Position numbers and translations under genes: made by a program. A stretch of 32,000 nt of DNA from an uncultured Chloroflexia bacterium (GTDB lineage: Bacteria; Chloroflexota; Anaerolineae; CG2-30-64-16): NCBI GenBank assembly GCA_963774265.1, contig CAVZDU010000002.1, positions 753,340 to 785,339 of the forward strand, read 5' to 3'. The notes under the pieces were generated by a model. The model was not told the origin of the DNA. It saw only the letters and a list, made by a program, of their open reading frames with translations, and made no database searches. Shown one piece after another: positions 23,230 to 32,000 of the stretch (position 1 is its first letter; every line of letters begins with the position of its first letter).

Positions 23230-23426
23230 TGTGATGGCAGCTGTCACGGCTTTGCTCCCTCTGAATGCATGGAAGATTGACCGCTCCAAGCCAGGCAGCG
23301 CCAGGACGCGAAGGTCGAGCTCTTGTGTGGTGAGATACTTGCACATCGCTGGCCCATGATGCGCCGGACCGTTGTTCCAGGACAGAGCGCCGTTTCAGCG
23401 CTTCAAAGTTCCGAAACAACCGTCTA
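23230..23426 (-). pseudogene. Degenerate IS630/Tc1-like transposase C-terminal remnant, cut by IS630 copy 2
   Basis: The minus strand reads ..LFRNFEALKRRSV and, in shifted frames, WNNGPAHHGPAMCKYLTTQELDLRVLALPG. This resembles the (L)DNGPxH...YL...I.L..LP block of IS630-type DDE transposases. It has no start and multiple frame changes. Confidence 0.35.
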
Positions 23427-24546
23427 AGTAGGTAACAGAAAATTCGGGGCACTTCTTCGTTGCCTGATATACTGGGGTTACGGAGGGTGCCATGATCTAT
23501 GTACGAACACCAACGGATGCTGAACTGCAAGAGCTCAAGCGAATGACCCGCCATGAGATCGGGCGGGTTAGCCAACGAGCGCAGATGGTTCTGCTCTCAG
23601 CGCAGCAGCGCACGGTGCCTGAGATCGCCGTCATCTTTGGCGTCAAGTACAAGACCGTGCGCAAATGGCTCCGCCGCTTCAATGCGGCCGGGCCGGCCGG
23701 ACTGTATGATGAGCCGCGCAGTGGGCGGCCGCGGACGCTGACCGACCGTGTCCGTGACACTTTGGTCGACATGAGCGAGCAGGATCCCGAGCAGTCGGAC
23801 TATCCCGCGACCTTGTGGACGGTTGCGATGCTGGCCTTAGCCTTGGCCGAGAAGATCGGCGTGTATCTGAGCCATAGCACCCTGCGTCAGACGCTGCATG
23901 CGGCCGGCCTGGCCTGGAGCCGCCCACGACTCGCCATGCCCCGCAAGACTGATCCGCAGAAGGCGGCCAAGCAGTGGGCAATAGTGCAGGCCGTGATTGG
24001 GGCTGGCCCAGCTGCAGTCGTGCTGTACGCCGACGAATCGCGCATCCAGATGCTACCGTTGATTCGAGCAATGTGGCATCGGCTGGGCCAGCAGATCCGT
24101 GTCCCGACGCCCGGCAGCAATCAGACGCGCAGCCTATTTGGAGCGCTCAACATTCGCACGGGCCAGTGGACGTGGTTGATCCGCGAGCATATGCACAAAG
24201 AAGACTTCATCACTTTCCTGGAACACCTGTTGACGGTGTATGCCAGCGGTCCGATCATTCTGATCGTCGATAACTACTCCAGCCATACGGCTAAGGCCAT
24301 CGATGCCTGGCTGACTGAGCACCCGCGACTCCAGTTGCACTACCTGCCGAAGTACTGCTCGCATCTGAATCCGGTTGAGAACATCTGGCTGCGTCTCAAA
24401 GGCCAGACCGCCGCTGACCGCTTGTACGGTTCGCTGCATGGTCTGCTGGACGCCGTCACACGCTTCTTCGACCATATGACGCCAGCGATGGCGTTGACCT
24501 GGGCCAGTCTCGACTGAAAAGTGACCCGTACTTTTTGTGACATACT
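23427..24546 (+). mobile_element. IS630-family insertion sequence, copy 2 (identical to copy 1 as far as I can compare)
   Basis: The offset is exactly 17891 nt from copy 1, and every six-frame ORF translation inside the element is identical in the two copies. Flanks are C-TA (23424..23426) and TA-G (24547..24549). Confidence 0.9.
23492..24517 (+). CDS. IS630-family DDE transposase (copy 2)
   Basis: The 341-aa translation is identical to that of 5601..6626. Confidence 0.92.
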   Translation: MIYVRTPTDAELQELKRMTRHEIGRVSQRAQMVLLSAQQRTVPEIAVIFGVKYKTVRKWLRRFNAAGPAGLYDEPRSGRPRTLTDRVRDTLVDMSEQDPEQSDYPATLWTVAMLALALAEKIGVYLSHSTLRQTLHAAGLAWSRPRLAMPRKTDPQKAAKQWAIVQAVIGAGPAAVVLYADESRIQMLPLIRAMWHRLGQQIRVPTPGSNQTRSLFGALNIRTGQWTWLIREHMHKEDFITFLEHLLTVYASGPIILIVDNYSSHTAKAIDAWLTEHPRLQLHYLPKYCSHLNPVENIWLRLKGQTAADRLYGSLHGLLDAVTRFFDHMTPAMALTWASLD

Positions 24547-24626
24547 TAGAGCCGACTGAAGGCAGATTACCACCTGTCCAGTCAGCCATCCAACGCTCTC
24601 AACTTGCGGTATCGGACCGCTTTCAA

Positions 24627-25782
24627 CTAGTCCAGCCCTATTCCACGATTGTTTCGGTAGTGCCGGCGAGCGAGCGCAGCCTGGTAGGCGGCGTCGAGTC
24701 GCTCGGGCGACACGTCGGCTTGGATATTGTGCGATGGGGCAAACACGAACCCGCCGCCAGGCGCAAGGATATCGATCGCTTGGCGCACTTGGTCCCCGAT
24801 CTCGGCTGGGGTAGAGAACGGCAAGGTTTTCTGTACATCGATGCCGCCGCCCCAGAACGTGAGATCTTTGCCGAACTCCCGCTTGAGCCGTGCGAGGTCC
24901 ATCTTGGCCGCGGTTGCTTGCACCGGGTTCAAGATTTCGACTCCGGTTTCGATCAGATCGGGGAGCAAGTCATACACAGATCCGCACGAGTGCAGGAATA
25001 AGTGGGCATTTGTATGCGCGTGGATGAAGCCGAACAAGCGCCGGTGACACGGCTTGATAAAGCGCCGGTACATGCGCGGCGAGATAAACGGCCCAGTCTG
25101 CATTCCCAGATCGTCTCCGTGCGCAACCACCTGTACATAGCTGCCCACAGCGGTTAGGAACGCGTCCCAGAAGCCAATCAAGTTATCGGTGATCAACTCG
25201 AGAAGAGTGCTGGCAAATGGCGGGTCAGAGGCTAGGTCGATACAGAACTGATCGTAGCCACGCATAATGCACGCCTGCTCAAAGGGTCCGCCAAGAACGC
25301 CGGCCACCAGGGCATAATCCGTGGTATCGTGCAGATGCTGTGCGGCCTCAGCCAGACCGACCACCCGACCAGGATCGTTGGGATCGGGCCATTTGTATTT
25401 TGCCAGATCAGCCAACGTAGCATGACTTAGTGGACGTTCCACCACATCATAGTAGTAGGCTGCATGCCGCCAGCGTACGTCGTATTCGTCATAGTAGCTG
25501 TCGCCGTCTGCAGGGCGAAGCGCGATGCGCTCCGTCGACCCCAGGCGCAGCGACCGACAGTCGATTTTATAGTACTTAAGCAGATACCTCTGGAAGCCCA
25601 ACGGTCCCCATTGCCCGGTTGGAGATAACGGGATCCGGGTCCGGGGGCATCCGCAGATAAGCGCGCAGGTTGACGTAAGCTACCTGCGTCACGGACGTGA
25701 CTGTGGTGCCGCCCATGTCGAGCGGTACCTGGTCGGGCTCATTATGACTCAGGGCTACCTGCACGCGTTCGCGCGAGTTCAT
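24627..25782 (-). CDS. Uroporphyrinogen-decarboxylase (URO-D/MtaA-like) family protein, one frame break near 25600..25610 (~384 aa if bridged)
   Basis: The N-part MNSRERVQVALSHNEPDQVPLDMGG...PVISNRAMG (ORF 25576..25782) continues in the next frame as PLGFQRYLLKYYKIDCRSLRLG...LHSCGSVYDLLPDLIETGVEILNPVQ...PSHNIQADV (ORF 24627..25601). Removing one G from the GGGG run (plus-strand CCCC at 25606..25609) restores one ORF. Confidence 0.75.
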
Positions 25783-25797
25783 CCTATCCTGATCCTC

Positions 25798-26526
25798 CTA
25801 TAATGGGCGGTAGTCATGAGGAGCTGTGGACCCGCGCAGCGCGGCTACAAAGCGGCTGGCGATGTGGCCCGGATTTGTGATGGCGGTGCCAACGACGACC
25901 GCATGCGCGCCAGCGTCGAGCGCGGCGCGAGCGAGCTCGGGCGTACCAAAGCGCCCCTCAGCAATCACCGGAGTGTGCACTGCCCGCGACAGGGCCCGTA
26001 CCAGGCTCAGATCGGGTAGGTCGTCGGGCGATACCGGCAGTTCAGCGGTGTAACCGGCCAACGTTGTGGCCACGATATCGGCACCGACGCGCTCTGCTGA
26101 CAGAGCTTCGTCCAGCGTCGCAATGTCGGCCATGACTGGCAAGCCTAGCTCATCGTGGATTCGCGAAATCAACCGATCCACAGTGTCGTCCGGCGGCCTC
26201 GACCGGTCGGTCGCGTCAATGGCGATAATGTCCGCACCGGCCTCGGCTAGCTCGCGGCAGGCTCTGAAGGTAGGGGTGATGTAGACGGCATAGCCGGGGA
26301 TATGGATCTTATGGATGCCCAAGATCACCAAGGCGCTGACGCGCCGCACGGCACGAACGTGCTCGGGGCTGTTGATACGCAGCCCTGCACATCCGGGTAC
26401 GTTTACGGCCTGCGCGAGAGCTGCAATGATTTCGGGCCGATTCAGCGGGCTTTCGGGTGTTGCCTGGCAGGAGACGATCAAGCTCCCTGCCAGGGCCTCT
26501 ATCTGCTGCGAGGCGAATGGTGGCAT
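25798..26526 (-). CDS. nanE: N-acetylmannosamine-6-phosphate 2-epimerase
   Basis: 242 aa, colinear with my memory of E. coli NanE: LIVSCQA.PESPL..PEI.AA.A, AGADIIAIDATDR.RP, GTTLAGYT, VIAEGR..TPE.A..A...GA.AVVVGTAIT. Confidence 0.75.
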   Translation of the reverse strand: MPPFASQQIEALAGSLIVSCQATPESPLNRPEIIAALAQAVNVPGCAGLRINSPEHVRAVRRVSALVILGIHKIHIPGYAVYITPTFRACRELAEAGADIIAIDATDRSRPPDDTVDRLISRIHDELGLPVMADIATLDEALSAERVGADIVATTLAGYTAELPVSPDDLPDLSLVRALSRAVHTPVIAEGRFGTPELARAALDAGAHAVVVGTAITNPGHIASRFVAALRGSTAPHDYRPL

Positions 26527-26554
26527 AGTACCCCCTGGGCTAGCACATAATCCA

Positions 26555-27601
26555 TCAAGCCACCCATGCCTCCGTGGGCAAGTACGGGTAGCGGCAGGGC
26601 AGGCCGTCGGCGATCAACAATTGGAACTGTGCGGGAACCATGATGTGCGAGTGCGACGTGTACATGCCAGCCTGGCCCGGGCCACTATGCTGGCATAGAC
26701 CCCCGGGTTGGGCATGGTCGCGCAGCGCCATTTGGAGCCCGTCCATATCCCAAGGCCAGGCGGAGTCTGCAACAATCGTCTCCAGTCGCTCCCAGCGGTC
26801 ATGACTGTCACGCAGAAGCTCCGCTGGCGCGGCCATGACCTCCCGCATCTCAGGCAGACAGAAATGATTGGTGGACCACAACGCGCGGCCCTCGAGATAG
26901 CGAACACCGCATCGCGTTGGCGAGCGCTCTACCACCGCGGCCTTGCTACTGGCGTCGGTCAACAAGAAGTTGTACCCAAAGTTGATAGGCGCGATCTCGT
27001 TAAGGAGCTCCACCGCCTCATCTACCGTTGCGCAGCGGCGAGTGGGAAGCGTCGTGAGTGTGTTGATTGGGATACCATGATCCCAGTTCGTGTCAGTGAC
27101 CCAAACATCGGCTACCGAACTTGTCAAGCCCTGGGCATTGACCGCGGCGGCAGTCCAGACGGTCCCTGTCCATACAACGCGCTTTACTGGCTCACCACAG
27201 TCAGGCCTCGCGTGTTCGGCTACGACGAATGGAACTGCCAAAGAGGGGGCGACGTCGTGGTTATGTCCGTGCAGGACGCCATGAGGGGTGCCAGCGAATG
27301 CAACGTTTGTGCAGTGTGCATGATCATCGATGGCGCCGAATTCGACCGAACCATTTAGCAGAAGTACATCCTGGTAGGCCATCCCCGCGCCATCCGCGAT
27401 GCCCCGCAGTTCCTCCAAGATATCGGGGCAAACCGCGGCCATGTTGTCCTCCATGCGCTGCAGGCCCTCTCTGAGACGCTCCTGCGGGATCTTCAGTGCG
27501 CCGCAGTAGCACCGAAACAAGTCGTGCGCACCTCGCGCGAAAGCCCGGCCATGACTACGACCTAGTTCAACCGGATCGCCTTCAACACGGATTACTCGCA
27601 T
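26555..27601 (-). CDS. Peptidase C45-family protein (acyl-CoA:6-APA acyltransferase-like Ntn hydrolase)
   Basis: 348 aa. N-terminus VEGDPVELGRSHGRAF. A putative autoprocessing/nucleophile Cys sits in the context DDHAHCTNVAFAG. The length fits the family. Confidence 0.6.
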   Translation of the reverse strand: MRVIRVEGDPVELGRSHGRAFARGAHDLFRCYCGALKIPQERLREGLQRMEDNMAAVCPDILEELRGIADGAGMAYQDVLLLNGSVEFGAIDDHAHCTNVAFAGTPHGVLHGHNHDVAPSLAVPFVVAEHARPDCGEPVKRVVWTGTVWTAAAVNAQGLTSSVADVWVTDTNWDHGIPINTLTTLPTRRCATVDEAVELLNEIAPINFGYNFLLTDASSKAAVVERSPTRCGVRYLEGRALWSTNHFCLPEMREVMAAPAELLRDSHDRWERLETIVADSAWPWDMDGLQMALRDHAQPGGLCQHSGPGQAGMYTSHSHIMVPAQFQLLIADGLPCRYPYLPTEAWVA

Positions 27602-27640
27602 GCTGTCCTCCCTGCACGAATCAAGCTAGACGGCAACGCC

Positions 27641-28375
27641 CTAGCGCTCGCCAATGAGACGCAACAGATTATTGCCGAATACTGCTGCGGCGGCCTCGCC
27701 TTCTAGACCTAGCAACCTAACCTTGGCCAACTCCACATCCATCATGGAGATGGGCGTGCCGGAGCCGAACAGCACGTGATCGGCACCCAACTCATCAACT
27801 GCCTGGCGCAGGGTACGGATGCCCGAGCGGAATGACGTCTCGACGTAGATATTCCGATGCATTCTGGCAGCCGGGACGGCGTCGATCCAGAAGTCAGCAG
27901 CGGCAACGTGTCCCATGATGAACGCCACCTCGGGGAAGCGGTCGGCGAGCTCAGCCAGTTGTAGTGGCAAGGCGTAGATTGGAGTCGCTGTATGGAAGTA
28001 GACCGGCAGCCCGACTTCTTGCGCGACTGCGATTACTGGATCGACCAGATCGTCGTGGATGAAGTAGCCCTGAATGCTCGAGTTGAGGTAGAGCCCGCGC
28101 AACCCAGTCGCCACCGCCCGGCGCAACTCCGCGACTGCGGCCGCGCCGTACCAGGGATTGACCGTGGCGAAGCCAAACAGCCGGCCAGGAAAGGCGCGCA
28201 TGGCAGCCACCAGGTAGTCGTTGCCTTCACGGTTGTAGACGGTTACGCAGTCTTCCACAGGGCAAACCACAGCCTGGTCCACGCCAGCGGCGTCCATCAT
28301 AGCGATGAGATCCTCAGGCAGTAGCTTAGTGTAGTGACCCTCTCCCAAAAAGCAATTGGCATCGACAATCGGCAT
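27641..28375 (-). CDS. Amidohydrolase-2 family protein (TIM-barrel metal hydrolase)
   Basis: 244 aa. MPIVDANCFLG..., ...VYFHTA..., IMGHVAA, NIYVETS, HVLFGSGTP. Confidence 0.7.
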   Translation of the reverse strand: MPIVDANCFLGEGHYTKLLPEDLIAMMDAAGVDQAVVCPVEDCVTVYNREGNDYLVAAMRAFPGRLFGFATVNPWYGAAAVAELRRAVATGLRGLYLNSSIQGYFIHDDLVDPVIAVAQEVGLPVYFHTATPIYALPLQLAELADRFPEVAFIMGHVAAADFWIDAVPAARMHRNIYVETSFRSGIRTLRQAVDELGADHVLFGSGTPISMMDVELAKVRLLGLEGEAAAAVFGNNLLRLIGER

Positions 28376-28391
28376 GCGCTTGTACTCCTAC

Positions 28392-29141
28392 TCAATCGGC
28401 CAACGCCGGTATGATGCGCAGCACGCTCCCACTGAAAATGAGCTTGCGTTCGTCTTCACTCACTGGCAGGCGGTCGATCTTTAGCTTGTAGTACTCCAGG
28501 CTCTCAGGACCACCCCATGGAAAATCCGATCCGAATATGACCCGTTCCGCTCCGATGGCCTCTACGTACCTGGTGATAGCGGACATGGGTGCGCCACAGG
28601 GGCACGCAACCAGATTTGGGCAACGCTTGAGCGCTGCCAGCGCCTCGCGCGGGAAGTCAGACAACCCGCTGTGCCCGAGCACGATGGTCGCTTCGGGATA
28701 CTGCTGGGCCAAGTGAGCGATTTGAAGCGGGGTACAATAGGGCGGCGTACCGTCGTGAAAGATGACCGGAATGTGCAGGTCGATCGCCGTCTCGATGATT
28801 GGGTAGAGCAGAGGATCGAGCACAGAAAACGCCTGCAGCCACGGGTGAAGCTTGAGTCCCACCATGCCCAGCTGAGTCACGCACCGCCGCAGTTCGTCGA
28901 TTGCTAGCTTTCCCGCACGAGGATCTACTGTGGCACAAGAGTAGAGTATCCTAGGATAGGGCCTAGTCAGCTCGGCCAGCGCGTCGTTCCACTGCTTCTG
29001 GTTGCCGAAAAAGCCCTCAGTGGTAAAGGCGAGAGCCTTGCTGATGCCATGCGCCTGCAACGAATCTACGAACTCGCCGACGGGCACCCCGCGCTGGGTC
29101 ACATAGGCTTCGAAGAGATGTGTGTGCGCGTCTATGATCAC
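28392..29141 (-). CDS. Amidohydrolase-2 family protein
   Basis: 249 aa. MIIDAHTHLF (HxH), GLKLHP, PVIFHDG, VLGHSG, VIFGSDFPW. Confidence 0.8.
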   Translation of the reverse strand: MIIDAHTHLFEAYVTQRGVPVGEFVDSLQAHGISKALAFTTEGFFGNQKQWNDALAELTRPYPRILYSCATVDPRAGKLAIDELRRCVTQLGMVGLKLHPWLQAFSVLDPLLYPIIETAIDLHIPVIFHDGTPPYCTPLQIAHLAQQYPEATIVLGHSGLSDFPREALAALKRCPNLVACPCGAPMSAITRYVEAIGAERVIFGSDFPWGGPESLEYYKLKIDRLPVSEDERKLIFSGSVLRIIPALAD

Positions 29142-29163
29142 CGATCATGTCTCCTCTCTGCGG

Positions 29164-29901
29164 CTAAAGGCTGCGTAGACGCCGCCGATAAGATGCCAGC
29201 ACCTCATTGTTGAGCTCATCGCCGCCATCCACGTTAGCGCTTCTCAGGACCGGTGGCCGTCTGCCGCGCTCTAGCAGCCGGGTTATGATCTCGCCGGCAA
29301 GCGCTTGCAGTATAGCCGCGCCAGCGATCGTAGAGGTGGCCCCTACCCGGCCTGGCATGCCCTGGATTTCGATGGCTGCGTCACCCTCGATGCCGCAGTT
29401 ATCGATCACGATGTCCGCCACCTCAAAAAGGCGCAAACCACTATCATGCCGTGAGGTAACTGCCTGCGAGTGTTGGAGCGAGGTGAGAGCGACCACGGTT
29501 AGCCCGCGTTGACGCGCCGCCAGCGCTGCTTCGACTGGGGCTACGTTGCGGCCAGAATTGGAGGCGATTATCAGCACCTCGCCTGCCCGCAGGTCATATT
29601 GCTCGAGCACAAGGGTAGCATAGCCTGGCGTCCTCTCGAGCAAAGTGCTGGCCTGCGCGCTGTCGTGGAGCATGAGGCCTGGCGCAAGGATCGCGTTAAC
29701 GGGCGCCAACCCACCTGCCCGGTAGAAGAGTTCCTCGGCCAGTAGATGGCCGTGGCCAGTGCCGAATATGTGCAAGACACCTCCAGCCGCCAGCGAATCC
29801 GCGATCACGTCGGCAGTCCGACCGATCACGCCAGCTTGTGACATCTCAATCTGGTCAAGCAGAATCCGGAGTGTCTCAAAATAGGCAAAAGTCATATTCA
29901 T
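29164..29901 (-). CDS. SIS (sugar isomerase) domain protein
   Basis: VLHIFGTGHGHLLAEELFYRAGGLAPVN..., IIASNSGRN, VVALTS. The start is probably ATG 29901 or 29895, just after the stop of the upstream gene (29906). The track start at 29970 would overlap that gene by 65 nt. Confidence 0.75.
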   Translation of the reverse strand: MNMTFAYFETLRILLDQIEMSQAGVIGRTADVIADSLAAGGVLHIFGTGHGHLLAEELFYRAGGLAPVNAILAPGLMLHDSAQASTLLERTPGYATLVLEQYDLRAGEVLIIASNSGRNVAPVEAALAARQRGLTVVALTSLQHSQAVTSRHDSGLRLFEVADIVIDNCGIEGDAAIEIQGMPGRVGATSTIAGAAILQALAGEIITRLLERGRRPPVLRSANVDGGDELNNEVLASYRRRLRSL

Positions 29902-29905
29902 CCCC

Positions 29906-30934
29906 CTACGAATCCTTGAGCTGGGCGGCGACGTGTTCTGTGGCCCGCATGCGCTCCATGACTTGCGCACCAGTTGTGATGCCGGCGTTTTGCAGTGCCA
30001 GCAGCAAGGCGCCCATTACCTGATCGAACAACGGCTGTGCGACCCTGGCCGTCGGGTCGCGGGCCCGGATCATCGCGGTGAACGGCCCACGCAACGGTGG
30101 CCCCGCCCCGAACACACCGCCAGCCGTATAGACGGTTGCGCCCGTACCGGTCATGTCAAGCCGGGCCAAAACCGTCAGTGCGGCGAGCGCCAACTCCTCC
30201 CCCGCCTCCCGCAGAATGTTAAGCGCCACGACATCGCCCCGGGTGGCAGCCTCGCTGACGAGTTGGGCTACATCCGCGAGATCCGCCCGAGAGTGGGTCC
30301 CGGAGTAAAATGCCCCGCGTAGCGCCCATAGATCTGAAGCCGCAAAACGCAAAAGCAGTAGCTGTCCCAGGACTGTGGGAGGGCCACGGCCGTCGTCGGC
30401 GCGACATGCCGCTCTCAGGGCGCGCACCCCGATATCGTATCCGCTGCCCTCGTCACCCGCTAGATACCCCCAACCCGAAGAGCGTGCCGTTCGCCCGGCA
30501 ACGTTGCGGCCATAGGCGATGGCACCACCGCCGGCAATAACCACCACGCCCGGCCCACCGCCCCCTGCGCCAGCAAGTGCAGTGGCCGCGTCATGATCCA
30601 CCAGCAGCCGCTGGCAAGGCAGGATGCTAGCCGCCACCGCGGGCACCGCCTCCATGCCACCGGTCATGCCAAAGCAGGCACTCACTACAGGGCCGACCGG
30701 TAGGCCACAGCTGGCGAAAGCCGCGGTGATCGCCTGTCGCAGCGATCGCTCCATCCTTGCGAGTCCGCCCGCCTCGTGAATATGATTGGCAGGACCACCC
30801 CGGCCAGCGCCGACCACAGTGCCGTCAAGAAGCGCAAGCGCCGCAACCGTGCTCGTCTGCCCGCCGTCCACAGCAAGAATTAAGGGCGTCATCGTTACGC
30901 TGATCTTCCAGCCCTCCACAATCCAACGGAGCAA
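29906..30934 (-). CDS. BadF/BadG/BcrA/BcrD-type ATPase (N-acetylglucosamine-kinase-like)
   Basis: LILAVDGGQTSTVAAL (phosphate-1 motif), GPANH, IAGGGAIAYG, GWGYLAGDEGSG. The true start may be ATG 30892 (MTPLILAVDGG) rather than TTG 30934. Confidence 0.75.
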   Translation of the reverse strand: MLRWIVEGWKISVTMTPLILAVDGGQTSTVAALALLDGTVVGAGRGGPANHIHEAGGLARMERSLRQAITAAFASCGLPVGPVVSACFGMTGGMEAVPAVAASILPCQRLLVDHDAATALAGAGGGGPGVVVIAGGGAIAYGRNVAGRTARSSGWGYLAGDEGSGYDIGVRALRAACRADDGRGPPTVLGQLLLLRFAASDLWALRGAFYSGTHSRADLADVAQLVSEAATRGDVVALNILREAGEELALAALTVLARLDMTGTGATVYTAGGVFGAGPPLRGPFTAMIRARDPTARVAQPLFDQVMGALLLALQNAGITTGAQVMERMRATEHVAAQLKDS

Positions 30935-31005
30935 CGCTGGCCGGACTCAAGGGCTTGCCGACCAGCAAGCTCCAATGTGTACAGATCTGCGTCACGCGAT
31001 GGGGA

Positions 31006-32000
31006 CTAGCTCAGGACCACAGGCTGGTGCGTCCGCGCCGACTCCATCACCGCTTCAGCGATCTCCATAGCCAGGATCGCATCGGCCGCATTGGTGAGTG
31101 GCTCCCGTCCGGTGAGAATGCAATTCGCGAAGTGCTCGATCTCGTACACGAACGACGAGCGCAGTTCGCCGTAGGCCCGCGGCATGAAGGTGGTGTCCGG
31201 GAATACAGTGCCTGCATCGGTGCTCAGTTTGATTCCCTGGTCGTTGAGCTGCATGTCAAGGCGACCCGTAGTGCCTTGGACAGCCACGCCCCCGTCAAAA
31301 CCGCTCGGGTGACCACCGGGTAGGATCCAGCCGGTCTCGCAGACCGCCAACACGCCATTCTCGAAGTTGATCATGGCCCAGTTGGTATCTTCTACGTTAT
31401 AGCCCAGGCCTTTGAGGACAGTCCACTGTGACTCAGCATATACCCGGGTCGGTTTGCTATTCGCAAACCAATGTGCCACGTCATAGTCGTGTACGCCGAG
31501 GAACACCGGCAGTGGTGAGCGGCCGTGCAACCGGTTCTGTGCCCCCCTGCCATTGAGGCGACGGGTGTAAACACACTGCACCTGGCCGATACTGCCTGAG
31601 TCGACGGCCTGCTTCATGAGGCAGTAATGAGTCGCGTACCTTAGCACATGCCCAACCATCAGAGTAGCCTTGCCCCCAGCATTGGCTGCAGCGATCTTGC
31701 GGCCATTAGCAACTGTGTCGGCAATCGGCTTCTCCACCATCACCGACTTGCCGTGCTCCAGCGCACAGACGCTCGGGTCCACATGCGCGTCTTCTGAGGT
31801 AGCGACAATGATCGCCTGCAGCTCGGGACGGGCGATCAGATCGGCGAAGTTGTTGTAGAACGGTACGGAGAACTGATTGGCGGCGGCTTCGCCCGTCTGC
31901 TCGTCGATGTCGGATACGCCAACCAGTTGCGTGCCCGGAAGTTGGGTGCAGATCTGGGCGAACGCCCGTCCCATGAACCCCATGCCAACTACACCGATAC
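31006..32000 (-). CDS. Gfo/Idh/MocA-family oxidoreductase, 5' end outside the window
   Basis: The frame stays open to the window edge (..IGVVGMGFMGRAFAQ is the Rossmann GxGxxG). The EKP motif VMVEKPIA is present, with a C-terminal alpha/beta dimerisation-type domain. Confidence 0.8.
   Translation of the reverse strand, partial: IGVVGMGFMGRAFAQICTQLPGTQLVGVSDIDEQTGEAAANQFSVPFYNNFADLIARPELQAIIVATSEDAHVDPSVCALEHGKSVMVEKPIADTVANGRKIAAANAGGKATLMVGHVLRYATHYCLMKQAVDSGSIGQVQCVYTRRLNGRGAQNRLHGRSPLPVFLGVHDYDVAHWFANSKPTRVYAESQWTVLKGLGYNVEDTNWAMINFENGVLAVCETGWILPGGHPSGFDGGVAVQGTTGRLDMQLNDQGIKLSTDAGTVFPDTTFMPRAYGELRSSFVYEIEHFANCILTGREPLTNAADAILAMEIAEAVMESARTHQPVVLS

Noticed and set aside
5536-24546. Calling the IS630-bracketed block a proven composite transposon
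   Set aside because: IS630 duplicates only TA at CTAG, so every copy has the same flanks and the outer-versus-inner TSD test is uninformative. Each copy can equally be an independent insertion.

Overview
High-GC bacterial DNA; the protein families look Chloroflexota- or Actinomycetota-like, but that cannot be proven from the sequence. There are three zones. (1) 1-5.5 kb holds a cupin fragment, a ~1060-aa SARP/BTAD-ATPase-TPR regulator, a lipoprotein and an alpha/beta hydrolase. (2) 5.5-24.5 kb is an accessory segment full of mobile elements. It is bracketed by two sequence-identical, directly oriented IS630-family copies (5536..6655 and 23427..24546), each showing the C-TA[IS]TA-G target signature. 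It contains an integrase stub, a CPBP/Abi-type protease, an APH-like kinase, a PTP-like phosphatase, a gutted DUF1254/DUF1214 gene, an SDR, an IS66-family element with an 8-bp target duplication, two internally deleted amidohydrolase genes and a LarA-like gene. The stand-out locus lies at 11.9-18.2 kb: a TIR+coiled-coil protein, a giant TIR-STAND NTPase-TM-WD40 protein, and a coiled-coil+unassigned-domain protein. The two small proteins share a conserved coil (RRIAALDxDIGRxL...ERRAxxxAER) that the giant lacks. I read this as a TNL/NLR-like conflict system with satellite adaptors; I do not recognise it from characterised systems and cannot confirm novelty without a database search. (3) 24.6-32 kb is an 8-gene minus-strand amino-sugar-type operon (Gfo/Idh/MocA, BadF-type kinase, SIS, two amidohydrolases, C45, NanE, URO-D-like). 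Six simple frame breaks in five otherwise full-length genes all go in the direction of one extra base. Assembly indels versus real decay must therefore be settled from reads before the TIR-STAND gene is called dead. No rRNA, tRNA or CRISPR array was seen.
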